Shown here: positions 7,961 to 17,269 of the stretch, in pieces | Layout of the letters: every line of letters begins with the position of its first letter | Position numbering within the stretch: the stretch's first letter is position 1 | Source of the DNA: Candidatus Staskawiczbacteria bacterium | Lineage (GTDB): Bacteria > Patescibacteriota > Minisyncoccia > Minisyncoccales > Staskawiczbacteraceae | Direction of reading: 5' to 3' | NCBI GenBank assembly: GCA_041661545.1 | Contig: JBAZUH010000001.1 | Coordinates: forward strand, 339,877 to 403,876 | Length of the DNA stretch: 64,000 nt | Notes under the pieces: model-generated | Seen by the model: only the letters and a program-made list of their open reading frames with translations | What the model was told of the DNA's origin: nothing | Database searches by the model: none | Made by a program: the position numbers and the translations under genes

Positions 7961-10636
7961 TCACCTCGACGCCATCATGGTAGCAAGTTGAGCTTGCAAG
8001 AGTTGTAATACTTGCGTGATCAAAACAATAAGTTGTTGTCTTAGCTCAATAATTAATGTTGCATTGTCTTTTACTATGGGTTTTTGCACGGCCGTTGCGG
8101 GCATACCACCACCAGCAACAATGCAATTTGCACCAGACAAGATGTATCCTGATTCACATGTTGCTGGTCCACAAGTTGGATAAATATTATATGTTACTGT
8201 ATGTTCAATCGTGGGACAGGTCTCCTCTTCTACTAAAAATGTGTGCGAAGAATATGTACCTGTGTAGGTAAAAACTATCTGGCCGTTTTCGTCGGAAGTA
8301 CAGATACCATTATTGCAGTTATCTCCAATAATGGTATCTAGGGCTATTACATTGTCAATTTTAATACTATATGTGGTGCTTGATTTAAGGTCACCAATAG
8401 TATGCATAACATTCTCAGCATTACTAGATGACTCTGTCCATTGTTTATTAGCCAAGTCTGTCCAAGAAGAAACTAAAACATCAACTGAACCTGATTCAGG
8501 AGTAATTTCCATATTAGCAGTTGAAATCGAGGCATTTGAATTAGCTGATATAGAGTTTGTAGTAAAAGTTGTTGTTGAAGCACTATCTATATTAGTAGAA
8601 ATTCCTAAGAAAGGCCTGTTAACTGACGTAAGAACCGTTTGAGTTGTAGTAGCAGAAGTTAAGCTTGGATTTTCTAATTCAATAGTGATGTTATTATTGT
8701 CTGCGGAGTCCGTTGTTGCAGACAGTAAATTAACTTCATCGTTAGAAATAGTTTTAACTGGAACGGCCGAAGCATAAGAATAATTAAAATCTACATAAGA
8801 AGGCAAATCGGGAGTGGATCGCCAGTAGGAGTTTAAACCACCTGACTTTACCGAAAACCAATACCAAGAACGAGGGTAGTCTGCAACCCAATTAATACCT
8901 GAAAAAGATGTGTCATTTTCGGTATAATCAACAACGCTGTCTGCAAATTGGCTTTGATCAACAGTTCCTTCATATGTAGCAAATCTTTGAATACCGACAT
9001 ATCCATTAGTAGCATGGGTTTGTTTATACCAGCTATGAATATCAACTGAATTTAAGTTAGAAAAATAATAATCTGGAATTTCATCAGGGGAGTTTTGAAC
9101 CCAACCCCCACACTGCCACCACTCTTCCTCGGTTGGAGCTGTAGAAACCATAGCTTTAACATCGCCATGGACCAGACTATTTTTCGGCTGACCATGTGTT
9201 GTATTAACATCGCGGAGATAGAATCTCTTTGTAGTGCTATCTGTATCTCCAACTATAAAGGCATAATTTCTTTTTTCATAATTGCCAGAGGTATCTGTAA
9301 CTTTTATTGTTAAAGTATAGACGCCTGATTTTATGACTTCAAAATTACCTTGGACATTATTATCAGCTTCGCTAGTTATGACTACTGTTTCTTGTGGATA
9401 AGTTGCTACTGTATATGTACAATCGTTACAGGCGGTAGAATCAACATTCAACATATCAAAATCAAAAGAAATTGTATCATTTACGGCTATGGTTTGATCA
9501 ATATCTGTAAAAGAAACCATCGTATTGGTTAAGCTGTGTAAAAAAGAATTGGTTACCCATGAATTATTGCTATTTAAATTATAAATGAGTTTTTGGTTAA
9601 AAAGTAAATTATTGCTAGTTAGAGTGTTGGAGGAAGAAGATGAAAGATAGATGCCAATAGAATTTGAATTAACTGTATTGCTAGTTAGGGTGTTGGAGGA
9701 GGAAGAGGCAAGAGAGATGCCACGGTTATTTAAATTGGCCGTATTACCAGTTAGAGTGTTATTCTCGGAAGTAGAGGCAAGAGAGATGCCATAGTAGCTA
9801 TTTGAATTAGCCGTGTTACCAATTAAGTTATTATCGGAAGAGGTGGAGAGAGAGATACCATTTAAGTTGTTTAAATTAGTTGTATTGCTGGTTAATATGT
9901 TGGAGGAGGAGGTGGAGGGAAGATAGATGCCATAATCGTTTGAATTAGCTGTATTGCTAGTTAGGGTGTTGGAGGCGGAGAAAAGAGAAATGCCATAATC
10001 GTTTGAATTAGCCGTATTACCAGTTAGAGTGTTATTGCCGGAGGTGGAAGAAAGATAGATGCCGTGGTTGTTATTTAAATTAGCCGTATTGCTAGTTAAT
10101 ATGTTATTGCCGGAAGAGGAGGAAAGATAGATGCCGATAGTATTTGAATTAACTGTATTGCCATTTAGGGTGTTGGAGGAGGAAGAGGAAAAATAGATGC
10201 CATAAAGACTTGACGTGACATTATTGTTAACTATAGAACCAGAGTTCGCAGAATTAGTATAATAAATACCATATTCAAAATCAGTTATAATAATATCTGT
10301 TGTAGTGACATCGTCATAGCCATCGTTATAAATACCATAATTAGATGTGTCGTCATCTCCGTCAATCGTAAAACCGCCACCATCAATAGTGATGCTGTTT
10401 GAACCAAACAATAATCCATGAGCAGTGCAGTTTAAATTACCCGTTAAAGTATAAGTATAATCAGCTGCTCCTTTTACAGTGTCTCCGCAAACACACACCG
10501 CATCAGTAACACCGTTTAAATCTACATCTCCACAATCAGCCGCAAAGGCTAAATGCGGAAAAGCAAACATTATAGTTAAAATAATAACTACTAAAGAAAA
10601 ACGTACTATTTTATAATCTAAAATATTTTTTACCAT
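7961..10636 (-). CDS. Secreted right-handed parallel beta-helix (PbH1/NosD-like) repeat protein with a large C-terminal non-repeat region
   Basis: Signal peptide ending AFA. There are about 14 tandem ~22-aa units of type NTLTSNTANSNxYGIYLSS. Confidence 0.75.
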   Translation of the reverse strand: MVKNILDYKIVRFSLVVIILTIMFAFPHLAFAADCGDVDLNGVTDAVCVCGDTVKGAADYTYTLTGNLNCTAHGLLFGSNSITIDGGGFTIDGDDDTSNYGIYNDGYDDVTTTDIIITDFEYGIYYTNSANSGSIVNNNVTSSLYGIYFSSSSSNTLNGNTVNSNTIGIYLSSSSGNNILTSNTANLNNNHGIYLSSTSGNNTLTGNTANSNDYGISLFSASNTLTSNTANSNDYGIYLPSTSSSNILTSNTTNLNNLNGISLSTSSDNNLIGNTANSNSYYGISLASTSENNTLTGNTANLNNRGISLASSSSNTLTSNTVNSNSIGIYLSSSSSNTLTSNNLLFNQKLIYNLNSNNSWVTNSFLHSLTNTMVSFTDIDQTIAVNDTISFDFDMLNVDSTACNDCTYTVATYPQETVVITSEADNNVQGNFEVIKSGVYTLTIKVTDTSGNYEKRNYAFIVGDTDSTTKRFYLRDVNTTHGQPKNSLVHGDVKAMVSTAPTEEEWWQCGGWVQNSPDEIPDYYFSNLNSVDIHSWYKQTHATNGYVGIQRFATYEGTVDQSQFADSVVDYTENDTSFSGINWVADYPRSWYWFSVKSGGLNSYWRSTPDLPSYVDFNYSYASAVPVKTISNDEVNLLSATTDSADNNNITIELENPSLTSATTTQTVLTSVNRPFLGISTNIDSASTTTFTTNSISANSNASISTANMEITPESGSVDVLVSSWTDLANKQWTESSSNAENVMHTIGDLKSSTTYSIKIDNVIALDTIIGDNCNNGICTSDENGQIVFTYTGTYSSHTFLVEEETCPTIEHTVTYNIYPTCGPATCESGYILSGANCIVAGGGMPATAVQKPIVKDNATLIIELRQQLIVLITQVLQLLQAQLATMMASR

Positions 10637-10684
10637 TCTCTGAACATTGTCATTTATATATTATTCTATTTTATGCTTTTTATA

Positions 10685-10713
10685 ACAAAAAACAACCCTT
10701 TTTAGAGTTGTTT
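10685..10713 (-). terminator. Intrinsic terminator downstream of sod and the structured repeat
   Basis: Minus strand reads aaacaactctaaaaagggttgtttttt: a 6-bp stem (aacaac/gttgtt) followed by a T-run. Confidence 0.5.
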
Positions 10714-10734
10714 AATCTATAGCAAGACAATAAA

Positions 10735-10915
10735 CTAAGGCGAGGCAATAAACTCAGAGCGAGGCAATGAATTCGAAGCGTGCCCTGCAGGCAATTTTGC
10801 TTGGTCCCGCGAAGCGGGAAAATTGCCGAAGCCTGAGTGAGTTGCGCGCTGGCGCAACGAATGCTAGCGGAGAATCATTGCCGAGCGAAAATTTTATTGC
10901 CGAGCGAAAATTTAT
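10735..10915. repeat. G+C-rich structured intergenic repeat, copy E1 (GCGAGGCAAT...ATTGCCGAGCG family)
   Basis: Shares a ~125-nt core with 36239-36367 (cctgcaggcaattttgcttggtcccgcgaagcgggaaaattgccgaagcctgagtgag identical). Lies in the sod 3'UTR upstream of the terminator. Confidence 0.8.
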
Positions 10916-11535
10916 TTTTGTTCGAATCTTTTTTCTATTTCTGGCCAGTTTACAACATTCCACCAAGCTTTTAAGTAATCTGCACGTACATTTTTGTATT
11001 GCAAATAATAAGCATGTTCCCATAAATCGTTTCCCATAATTGGTTTGTGACCATCGCTAATAGGATTGTCTTGGTTTGCAGTTGAAATAATTTCTAATTC
11101 GCCAGATTTATTTTTAACCAGCCATACCCATCCAGATCCAAATCTTTTTAAGCCCTCATCATTAAATTTTTGTTGAAATTCTGCAAAGCTTCCAAATTGT
11201 TTTTCTATTTCCTCAGCTAATTTACCGCCGGGCACAAGACTGCGCCCGGTTTCGGCGGCAGGGCAAGTAATTTCCCAAAACATTGAGTGATTCACATGCC
11301 CACCGGCGTTATTTCTTACAGCTATGCGTATATCTTCGGGAATATCTTGTAAATTCATTAATAATTCTTCTGAAGATTTTTTAAATAACTCTGGATATTT
11401 CTCAATAGCTGTATTTAAATTATTAACATAAGTTGCATGATGTTTATCATGATGAAGTTTCATAATTTCTTCTGAAATATATGGCTCTAGGGCATTGTAT
11501 GCATATGGTAAATTGGGTAATATATATTTTTCCAT
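10912..11535 (-). CDS. sodA: Fe/Mn superoxide dismutase
   Basis: [36 protein letters not shown] and [18 protein letters not shown]. Confidence 0.9.
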   Translation of the reverse strand: MEKYILPNLPYAYNALEPYISEEIMKLHHDKHHATYVNNLNTAIEKYPELFKKSSEELLMNLQDIPEDIRIAVRNNAGGHVNHSMFWEITCPAAETGRSLVPGGKLAEEIEKQFGSFAEFQQKFNDEGLKRFGSGWVWLVKNKSGELEIISTANQDNPISDGHKPIMGNDLWEHAYYLQYKNVRADYLKAWWNVVNWPEIEKRFEQK

Positions 11536-11548
11536 AATTGTATTTTTT

Positions 11549-11740
11549 CTAATTTTCGTCTGCGCGAGAACAAGCTGGGCAATGAATTAATAAACGGCTT
11601 GCCATTTTTTCCTTTTTATCTTCACTTACTCTTGAATTACTTAACCAAATTTCAAATTCAGCTGCACATCTACTGCACTGCTCTGCATTTGTTATTATTT
11701 TTTGTTTTGCATATTTTGTTTTCATATCTTTTAGAAACAT
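11549..11740 (-). CDS. Small zinc-ribbon protein (CxxC...CxxC), function unknown
   Basis: 63 aa with CSRC and CPAC pairs. Packed 3 nt downstream of the preceding ORF. Confidence 0.5.
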   Translation of the reverse strand: MFLKDMKTKYAKQKIITNAEQCSRCAAEFEIWLSNSRVSEDKKEKMASRLLIHCPACSRADEN

Positions 11741-11743
11741 TAG

Positions 11744-12040
11744 TTAGCAACAAGATTCGCCCGAGGGCATTTTAAATTCTTCCCTCTCGCCGTACTCTTG
11801 TTTTTTACCTTTGTGCCATTGTTGAACAGGCCTTATATAGCCTACTACCCTAGAATAAACTTCACAGGGTTGATAATTTGTTAATGCTGGGTTTTTTGCA
11901 TAACAATTATCACATTTTAAAATGTTTATTTTTTCTCCGGAGTTATCATACACTAAATAAACTCCTCCTTGTATTTCTTCGTTATTAATTGATAGTTCTT
12001 TGCCACAATCATGGCATGTATTTTCATTTTTTATTTCCAT
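11744..12040 (-). CDS. Stand-alone NrdD C-terminal-like domain (Zn ribbon plus glycyl-radical motif)
   Basis: 98 aa with CHDC...CDNC followed by YSRVVGYIRPVQQWHKGKKQEYGEREEF. Compare the E. coli NrdD C-terminus RRVCGYLG...FNAGKQEEVKRR. Confidence 0.6.
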   Translation of the reverse strand: MEIKNENTCHDCGKELSINNEEIQGGVYLVYDNSGEKINILKCDNCYAKNPALTNYQPCEVYSRVVGYIRPVQQWHKGKKQEYGEREEFKMPSGESCC

Positions 12041-12057
12041 ATTTTTTTATTATTTTT

Positions 12058-12190
12058 TAAGCGAGGCAGTTAATTTTCAGCGTATTTCAGGACACAAAGT
12101 GCCTGACCAAGCCATTTAGACGCGAAGCGTATCAATGGCGTTAGCAGAAAATTGACTGCCGAGCGATAAAAAGTTTATTACCAAGCGATA
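12058..12190. repeat. G+C-rich structured intergenic repeat, copy E3
   Basis: Outer arms gcgaggcagttaattttc / gaaaattgactgccgagcg pair with one T-G position. The interior differs from E1/E2. Confidence 0.65.
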
Positions 12191-12191
12191 A

Positions 12192-12596
12192 TTATTTACA
12201 ATTCTTGCAAGTGCCGTAAAAATTTATCTTATAACTATTTATTGAGCCGACCTTTACTTTCCTATTTCTTAAAATTGAACACCCAACACATTCATCCATT
12301 ACGTCATATACATTGCCACATTCCTCACATATAAAATGCGCATGATTAGATATATCAGCGTCAAAGTGCACTGTATCTTTAGTATCAATAACTTGAATTT
12401 CTCCCTTTTTTTTAAAATTATTTAAAACCCTATAAACAGTACCTTGGCTTATATTCGGCAATTTCTTTTTAACCTCTTTATATACAATTTCAGCCGTAGG
12501 ATGAGTTTTTACGCTCATTAGATATTTTAAAATAAAACTTTTTTGCGCTGTCATCCTTTCCCCGCTTACAACAGCAGATTTTTTTACATTTATCAT
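12192..12596 (-). CDS. fur: Fur-family (PerR/Fur-like) metalloregulator
   Basis: Winged-helix segment HPTAEIVYKEVKKKLPNISQGTVYRVLNNF, HAHFICEECGNVYDV, and C-terminal CKNC. Confidence 0.8.
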   Translation of the reverse strand: MINVKKSAVVSGERMTAQKSFILKYLMSVKTHPTAEIVYKEVKKKLPNISQGTVYRVLNNFKKKGEIQVIDTKDTVHFDADISNHAHFICEECGNVYDVMDECVGCSILRNRKVKVGSINSYKINFYGTCKNCK

Positions 12597-12669
12597 AATT
12601 TTTTTAAATATTACTATTAATAAAGACTCCTAATTAAATTATATTACTAACAAAACCCCGCGTCAAGCT

Positions 12670-13230
12670 TTACAATCTTATATATGTTGGTTCATTATTC
12701 TTATAAGTATCTAAAATTATTTCTCTTACTTGACTGGCATCTTTAGGATAAAATCTTTTTATATTTGGTAAATTTTTAAGTAAATCTTCTTCATTTTCTT
12801 TTCCCAATAAGTTATGAGACATGCCTTGAAACCTGTAATGTATATTGCCCACTGCTCCTATAAGCTTAACATTTAAATTATCATAACAAATATCGTTTCT
12901 TAACTGTTCGTAGTTCCTCATAATCACAAATGGAACCATAGAATAAACATAAGGCTTCCAACCACTTTTGGCTAATCCTGCGGCTATACCCATAAAAGAT
13001 TGCTCGGTTATTCCTGCATTAATATATTGCTTAGGATATTTTTCTTTAAAAATTTGCATATAAGAAAAACCAACATCTCCCACAATTAGAATAATTTTTT
13101 TATCTTTTTTAACCAGCTCTTCTAAGGTTTCCATAAATACTCCCCTAGAATTTCTGGCTACTTTTTCTTTTACAACTTCTCCGGGCAAACCATTTTCAAA
13201 CCCAGGAAGTGATGATAAATTATCTTTCAT
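12670..13230 (-). CDS. Transketolase-like, pyrimidine-binding (C-terminal) subunit, short form
   Basis: GITEQSFMGIAAGLAKSGWKPYVYS. At 186 aa it appears to lack the usual C-terminal domain. Overlaps the upstream subunit by 11 nt. Confidence 0.7.
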   Translation of the reverse strand: MKDNLSSLPGFENGLPGEVVKEKVARNSRGVFMETLEELVKKDKKIILIVGDVGFSYMQIFKEKYPKQYINAGITEQSFMGIAAGLAKSGWKPYVYSMVPFVIMRNYEQLRNDICYDNLNVKLIGAVGNIHYRFQGMSHNLLGKENEEDLLKNLPNIKRFYPKDASQVREIILDTYKNNEPTYIRL

Positions 13231-14020
13231 TTAATTCTTTTAATGCTTTAATATAATTTTCTTTGTCTATGTTTTTATAATGCCACTCTAATTTTTTTTC
13301 AAAAAATGAAACCCCCTTACCCTTAACTGTTCTAGCAATAATAACTAAAGGTTTTTTTCTTGCACTGCTAAAACTATAATTTATTGCTTTTTCTATTTCT
13401 TTATAATCATGACCATTTATTTCAATTACATCCCAATTAAAAGCTTTCCATTTATCAACTAATGGTTCCATATTTAAAACTTCTTTCGTGGCGCCCATAG
13501 CTTGAAAGTTATTACAGTCTACAATAACAGTTAAATTATTAAGTTTGTGTTGAGCAGCTAAAGCTGCTGACTCCCAGGTAGTTCCACAATCTAGCTCTCC
13601 GTCAGACATTAACACATATGTTTTCCATTTTTCTTCTGATAATTTGGCTGCCAAAGCCATGCCCAATGCTATAGGAAGCCCATGCCCCATAGCTCCTCCG
13701 GCAACTTCTACTCCTCTAATATCTGGTTCAGCCAAACCTATATACTTAGATCCTGGCCTAGCATATGTTTCTAAATCTTCTTTAGGAATAACTCCTTTTT
13801 TAGACAAAAAATAATATAAAGAAGCCGCTGCCCACCCCTTAGATAAAAGGAATCTATCTCTATCTTTGCTAAGATTTTTGTCTATATTTAATTTAGAAAA
13901 TAAAACTGACAAAACATCAATGCAAGAAAAATTTGACCCAATATGAGAAGCTCCAGATAAGTGCACCATTTCTAAAACTTTTTTACGAGCATCATTGGCA
14001 ATTTTTTTATAATCTTTCAT
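13220..14020 (-). CDS. Transketolase-like, thiamine-diphosphate-binding (N-terminal) subunit
   Basis: SGASHIGSNFSCIDVLSVLF, GHGLPIALGMA, and MSDGELDCGTTWESAALAAQHKLNNL. Confidence 0.8.
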   Translation of the reverse strand: MKDYKKIANDARKKVLEMVHLSGASHIGSNFSCIDVLSVLFSKLNIDKNLSKDRDRFLLSKGWAAASLYYFLSKKGVIPKEDLETYARPGSKYIGLAEPDIRGVEVAGGAMGHGLPIALGMALAAKLSEEKWKTYVLMSDGELDCGTTWESAALAAQHKLNNLTVIVDCNNFQAMGATKEVLNMEPLVDKWKAFNWDVIEINGHDYKEIEKAINYSFSSARKKPLVIIARTVKGKGVSFFEKKLEWHYKNIDKENYIKALKELNER

Positions 14021-14030
14021 ATAATTAGTC

Positions 14031-14543
14031 CTATCTAACTATTAATATTCCTATTTGACCTTTCATTCTGTGGTAGCCGTTTCCAACACTACAATAAAAT
14101 TCAAAAGTTCCTTTTTTGTCTGCTGTAAACTCAATTGTATCGCTTTCACCCGTTTTTATTGTTTTTGTTCCAATGCCACCAAAATCAACAAACATTAAAT
14201 TATGAGTTCCGCCGGCATTGGTAAAAATAATTTTTACTTTATCTCCTTGCTTAACTGATATTTCATTTGGAGCAAAATAAAAACTTCCGCCAACAATATT
14301 AAATGTTAAATTAGTTGGTTCGTGGTCATTAATTCCCAGTTTCAACTGAGCTGATTGCTCTGCAGTTAAATCTGCGGGGATATGAGGTTTCATAAAGTCT
14401 TCTTCTATTACTACTGGTTGTTGATTTGTATTATTCTCCAATGAACTTATTTGTTTTTGACTTCCTCCATTAACTAACAAAAAAACAATAGCCACTAGCA
14501 AAAGTGCGATAATGCCCAGCGATATTTTATTTACTTTTTCCAT
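14031..14543 (-). CDS. Membrane-anchored cupredoxin (plastocyanin/azurin-like blue copper protein)
   Basis: N-terminal TM segment. Type-1 Cu ligand pattern: H(NLMF)...CSVGNGYHRMKG. Confidence 0.7.
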   Translation of the reverse strand: MEKVNKISLGIIALLLVAIVFLLVNGGSQKQISSLENNTNQQPVVIEEDFMKPHIPADLTAEQSAQLKLGINDHEPTNLTFNIVGGSFYFAPNEISVKQGDKVKIIFTNAGGTHNLMFVDFGGIGTKTIKTGESDTIEFTADKKGTFEFYCSVGNGYHRMKGQIGILIVR

Positions 14544-14721
14544 ATTTTTATATATTTATTAATTTTATTAATGATAATAATTACTAATTAGATTATATTA
14601 TTATTAAATAACCCTGTCAACCCAACGCTTAATAAAGTTATTCACAGTTGACTGAGTTCCTTATTAATAATAAAATTATATTATCCTTAATAATAACAAT
14701 TATCAACTAAGAATAAATACT

Positions 14722-17247
14722 ATGGAAATTTACGTAACAAAAAGAGACGGCTCAAAAGAAATTTTTGATGCTAACAGAATTAACAAATCTATTGAAAGAG
14801 CTTGTTTTGGATTAGATGATCCTATAAGCAAGGTTGTACAAATTGCTTCAGAAACTCAACTAATGCTTTACAACGGAATAACAACCGAAGAACTAGATTT
14901 TGCAACAATAAATTCTGCTCTACAAAATATTCAAGAAGATACTTCTTATGACAAAGTAGCCACTCGCCTACTTTTAAAAACTGTATATAAAAGAATTTTC
15001 GGGGATTATGGGGAAAATAACAATATTCTTGAAGAAAAATATAAAAAATATTTTGTAGAACACATAAAAAATAATGTTGAGTTGCAAATTTTAGACAAAA
15101 GAATGATAGAGAAGTTTAATTTAGAAGAATTATCAAATTCGCTAAATATTAAAAAAGATGAACTTTTTAAGTACGCAGGCGCGTCAACTCTATTTAATAG
15201 ATATTCAATAAAAGATAGCGAACAAAAACCAATTGAAACTCCCCAGTATTTTTTTATGAGAGTTGCTATGGGCCTTTCATATAACGAAGACAACCCAACC
15301 AAATGGGCTATAGAATTTTATAATAAAATGTCTAACTTAGAATATATAGCCGGAGGGTCTACTAATATTGGAGCTGGAACAACAAGACCAGCTTTATCAA
15401 ATTGTTTTTTATTAGAAATTCAAGATGATATAGAGAATATAGCAAAATCAGTTTCTGATGTAATCAAAATATCTAAATCAACCGGAGGAATTGGGGCCTC
15501 TATTACTAAACTAAGAGCTAGTGGCTCTCCTTTGTCTTCTAACAACACCACCTCATCTGGGCCAACTCCTTTTGCAAAAATCATAGATACTGCTATTAGA
15601 GCTATACAAAGAGGTGGCAAGAAAAAAGGAGCTTTATGTTTTTATATGGAAAATTGGCACATTGATTTTCCAGATTTTTTAATGTGGAAACATAACGCCG
15701 GAGATGATTATCTAAGAATGCGCACTGCCGATACTGCTGTGTTTATATCAGACGAATTTATGAAGCGAGTTAAAAATAAAGACAACTGGTATATGTTTGA
15801 CCCAAAAGAAACTCCCGACTTAAACGAATTATATGGAAAAGCATTTTCAAAAAGATATGTAGAATATATAGAAATGGCTGAAGCTGGAAAATTAAGGGTT
15901 TTTTCAAAAGCACCAGCAGAAGAACAATATAGACAAATTCTTGTAATGCTTCAAGCAACATCACACCCTTGGCTCACATTTAAAGATCCTATTAATGTAA
16001 GGGCTTTAAATAACAATACAGGAACCATTCATATGTCTAACCTTTGCACCGAAATATGCTTGCCCCAAGACAAAGATAATATTGCTGTATGCAATTTAGC
16101 ATCAATAAATATTTCAGCCCACATAGAAAATGCAAAGGTAAACTGGAAAAAATTAGAACAAACAGTAAGGCTATCTGTAAGACAATTAGACAATTTAATA
16201 GATATAAACTTACTACCTATACCAGAAGCTGTAAAATCTGACATAGAAAATAGGGCTATTGGATTGGGAGTTATGGGTTTTTCTGAAGCAGTAGAATTGC
16301 TTAAACTAGGCTATGAAGATGAAGAAACTTTTGAATTAGCTGATAAAATATTTGAATTTATAAGTTATTTTGCCATAGATGAAAGCGCAAATTTGGCTAC
16401 AGCTAGAGGCAGTTATAAAAATTTTCCTGGTTCTGGTTGGTCAAAAGGAAAAGTTCCTTTTGATACAATATCTGATTTAGAAAATGAAAGAGGAGAAAAA
16501 TTAGAATTAGACAAAACAAGCCATGCTACAGAATTAGGATTAGATTGGCAAGAACTAAGAAGAAAAGTTCAAAAAGGAATGAGAAACGCCACTCTTATGG
16601 CTGTAGCGCCCAATGCAAACATTGGATTATTAGCAGGCACTACTCCGGGAATTGACCCTAGGTTTGCCCAAGTATTTTCAAGAAATAAAATATCCGGAAA
16701 ATATTTAGACATAAACCATAATTTAGTTAAAGAATTAAAAGAAATTAAAATATGGGACGAAGTTAAAAAAGAAATTATAGAAAAACAAGGAGATATTTTA
16801 GATATCGAAAAAATACCAGAAAATATCAAAAAAAGATACAAATCTGCTTTTACAACCTCGCCCTATGCTTTTATAGAAATTGCCGCCCGTGCCCAAAAAT
16901 GGGTTGACCAAGCATTATCGCGTAATATGTATTTAGAAACAAGAATTACCGAAGAAATTATGGATATTTATTCAAATGCATGGAAAAAAGGACTAAAAAC
17001 TACTTATTACTTACATATGAAACCTAGGCACACAGCCGAGCAAAGCACTGTGTCTATAAATAAAAGAGAGAAAATGGGAAGAGTAGGTTTTTCCGCCTTC
17101 GCTACGGCTTCCGCCGACGCTAAAGCTTTGGCGGACAAGGGCTCTGTTGAAGATGAGGCTGAATATGAAGCTATCATGGCTAAAGTTTCTGCTACTCGTG
17201 GGCCAGAAGACCCACAAGAAAAGTTTTTATGCGACAGTTGTCAGTAA
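14722..17247 (+). CDS. nrdA: Ribonucleoside-diphosphate reductase alpha subunit (class Ia, ATP-cone)
   Basis: ATP-cone at the N-terminus (YVTKRDGSKEIFDANRINKSIERAC), active-site NLCTEI, and a C-terminal CDSC tail. Confidence 0.9.
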   Translation: MEIYVTKRDGSKEIFDANRINKSIERACFGLDDPISKVVQIASETQLMLYNGITTEELDFATINSALQNIQEDTSYDKVATRLLLKTVYKRIFGDYGENNNILEEKYKKYFVEHIKNNVELQILDKRMIEKFNLEELSNSLNIKKDELFKYAGASTLFNRYSIKDSEQKPIETPQYFFMRVAMGLSYNEDNPTKWAIEFYNKMSNLEYIAGGSTNIGAGTTRPALSNCFLLEIQDDIENIAKSVSDVIKISKSTGGIGASITKLRASGSPLSSNNTTSSGPTPFAKIIDTAIRAIQRGGKKKGALCFYMENWHIDFPDFLMWKHNAGDDYLRMRTADTAVFISDEFMKRVKNKDNWYMFDPKETPDLNELYGKAFSKRYVEYIEMAEAGKLRVFSKAPAEEQYRQILVMLQATSHPWLTFKDPINVRALNNNTGTIHMSNLCTEICLPQDKDNIAVCNLASINISAHIENAKVNWKKLEQTVRLSVRQLDNLIDINLLPIPEAVKSDIENRAIGLGVMGFSEAVELLKLGYEDEETFELADKIFEFISYFAIDESANLATARGSYKNFPGSGWSKGKVPFDTISDLENERGEKLELDKTSHATELGLDWQELRRKVQKGMRNATLMAVAPNANIGLLAGTTPGIDPRFAQVFSRNKISGKYLDINHNLVKELKEIKIWDEVKKEIIEKQGDILDIEKIPENIKKRYKSAFTTSPYAFIEIAARAQKWVDQALSRNMYLETRITEEIMDIYSNAWKKGLKTTYYLHMKPRHTAEQSTVSINKREKMGRVGFSAFATASADAKALADKGSVEDEAEYEAIMAKVSATRGPEDPQEKFLCDSCQ

Positions 17248-17269
17248 AAAATATTAATTACAAAAAATT

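Noticed and set aside
9540-10260. Regular ~66-nt periodic repeats that could superficially suggest a CRISPR-like or satellite array.
   Set aside because: The repeats are in frame within the 891-aa ORF and encode beta-helix turns (NTLTSNTANSNxYGIYLSS). There is no unique spacer structure.
10754-11039. Overlapping ORFs 10754..11023 (-) and 10767..11039 (+).
   Set aside because: Both run through the G+C-rich structured repeat E1 and into the sod 3' end. They are open only because the repeat is low in stop codons.
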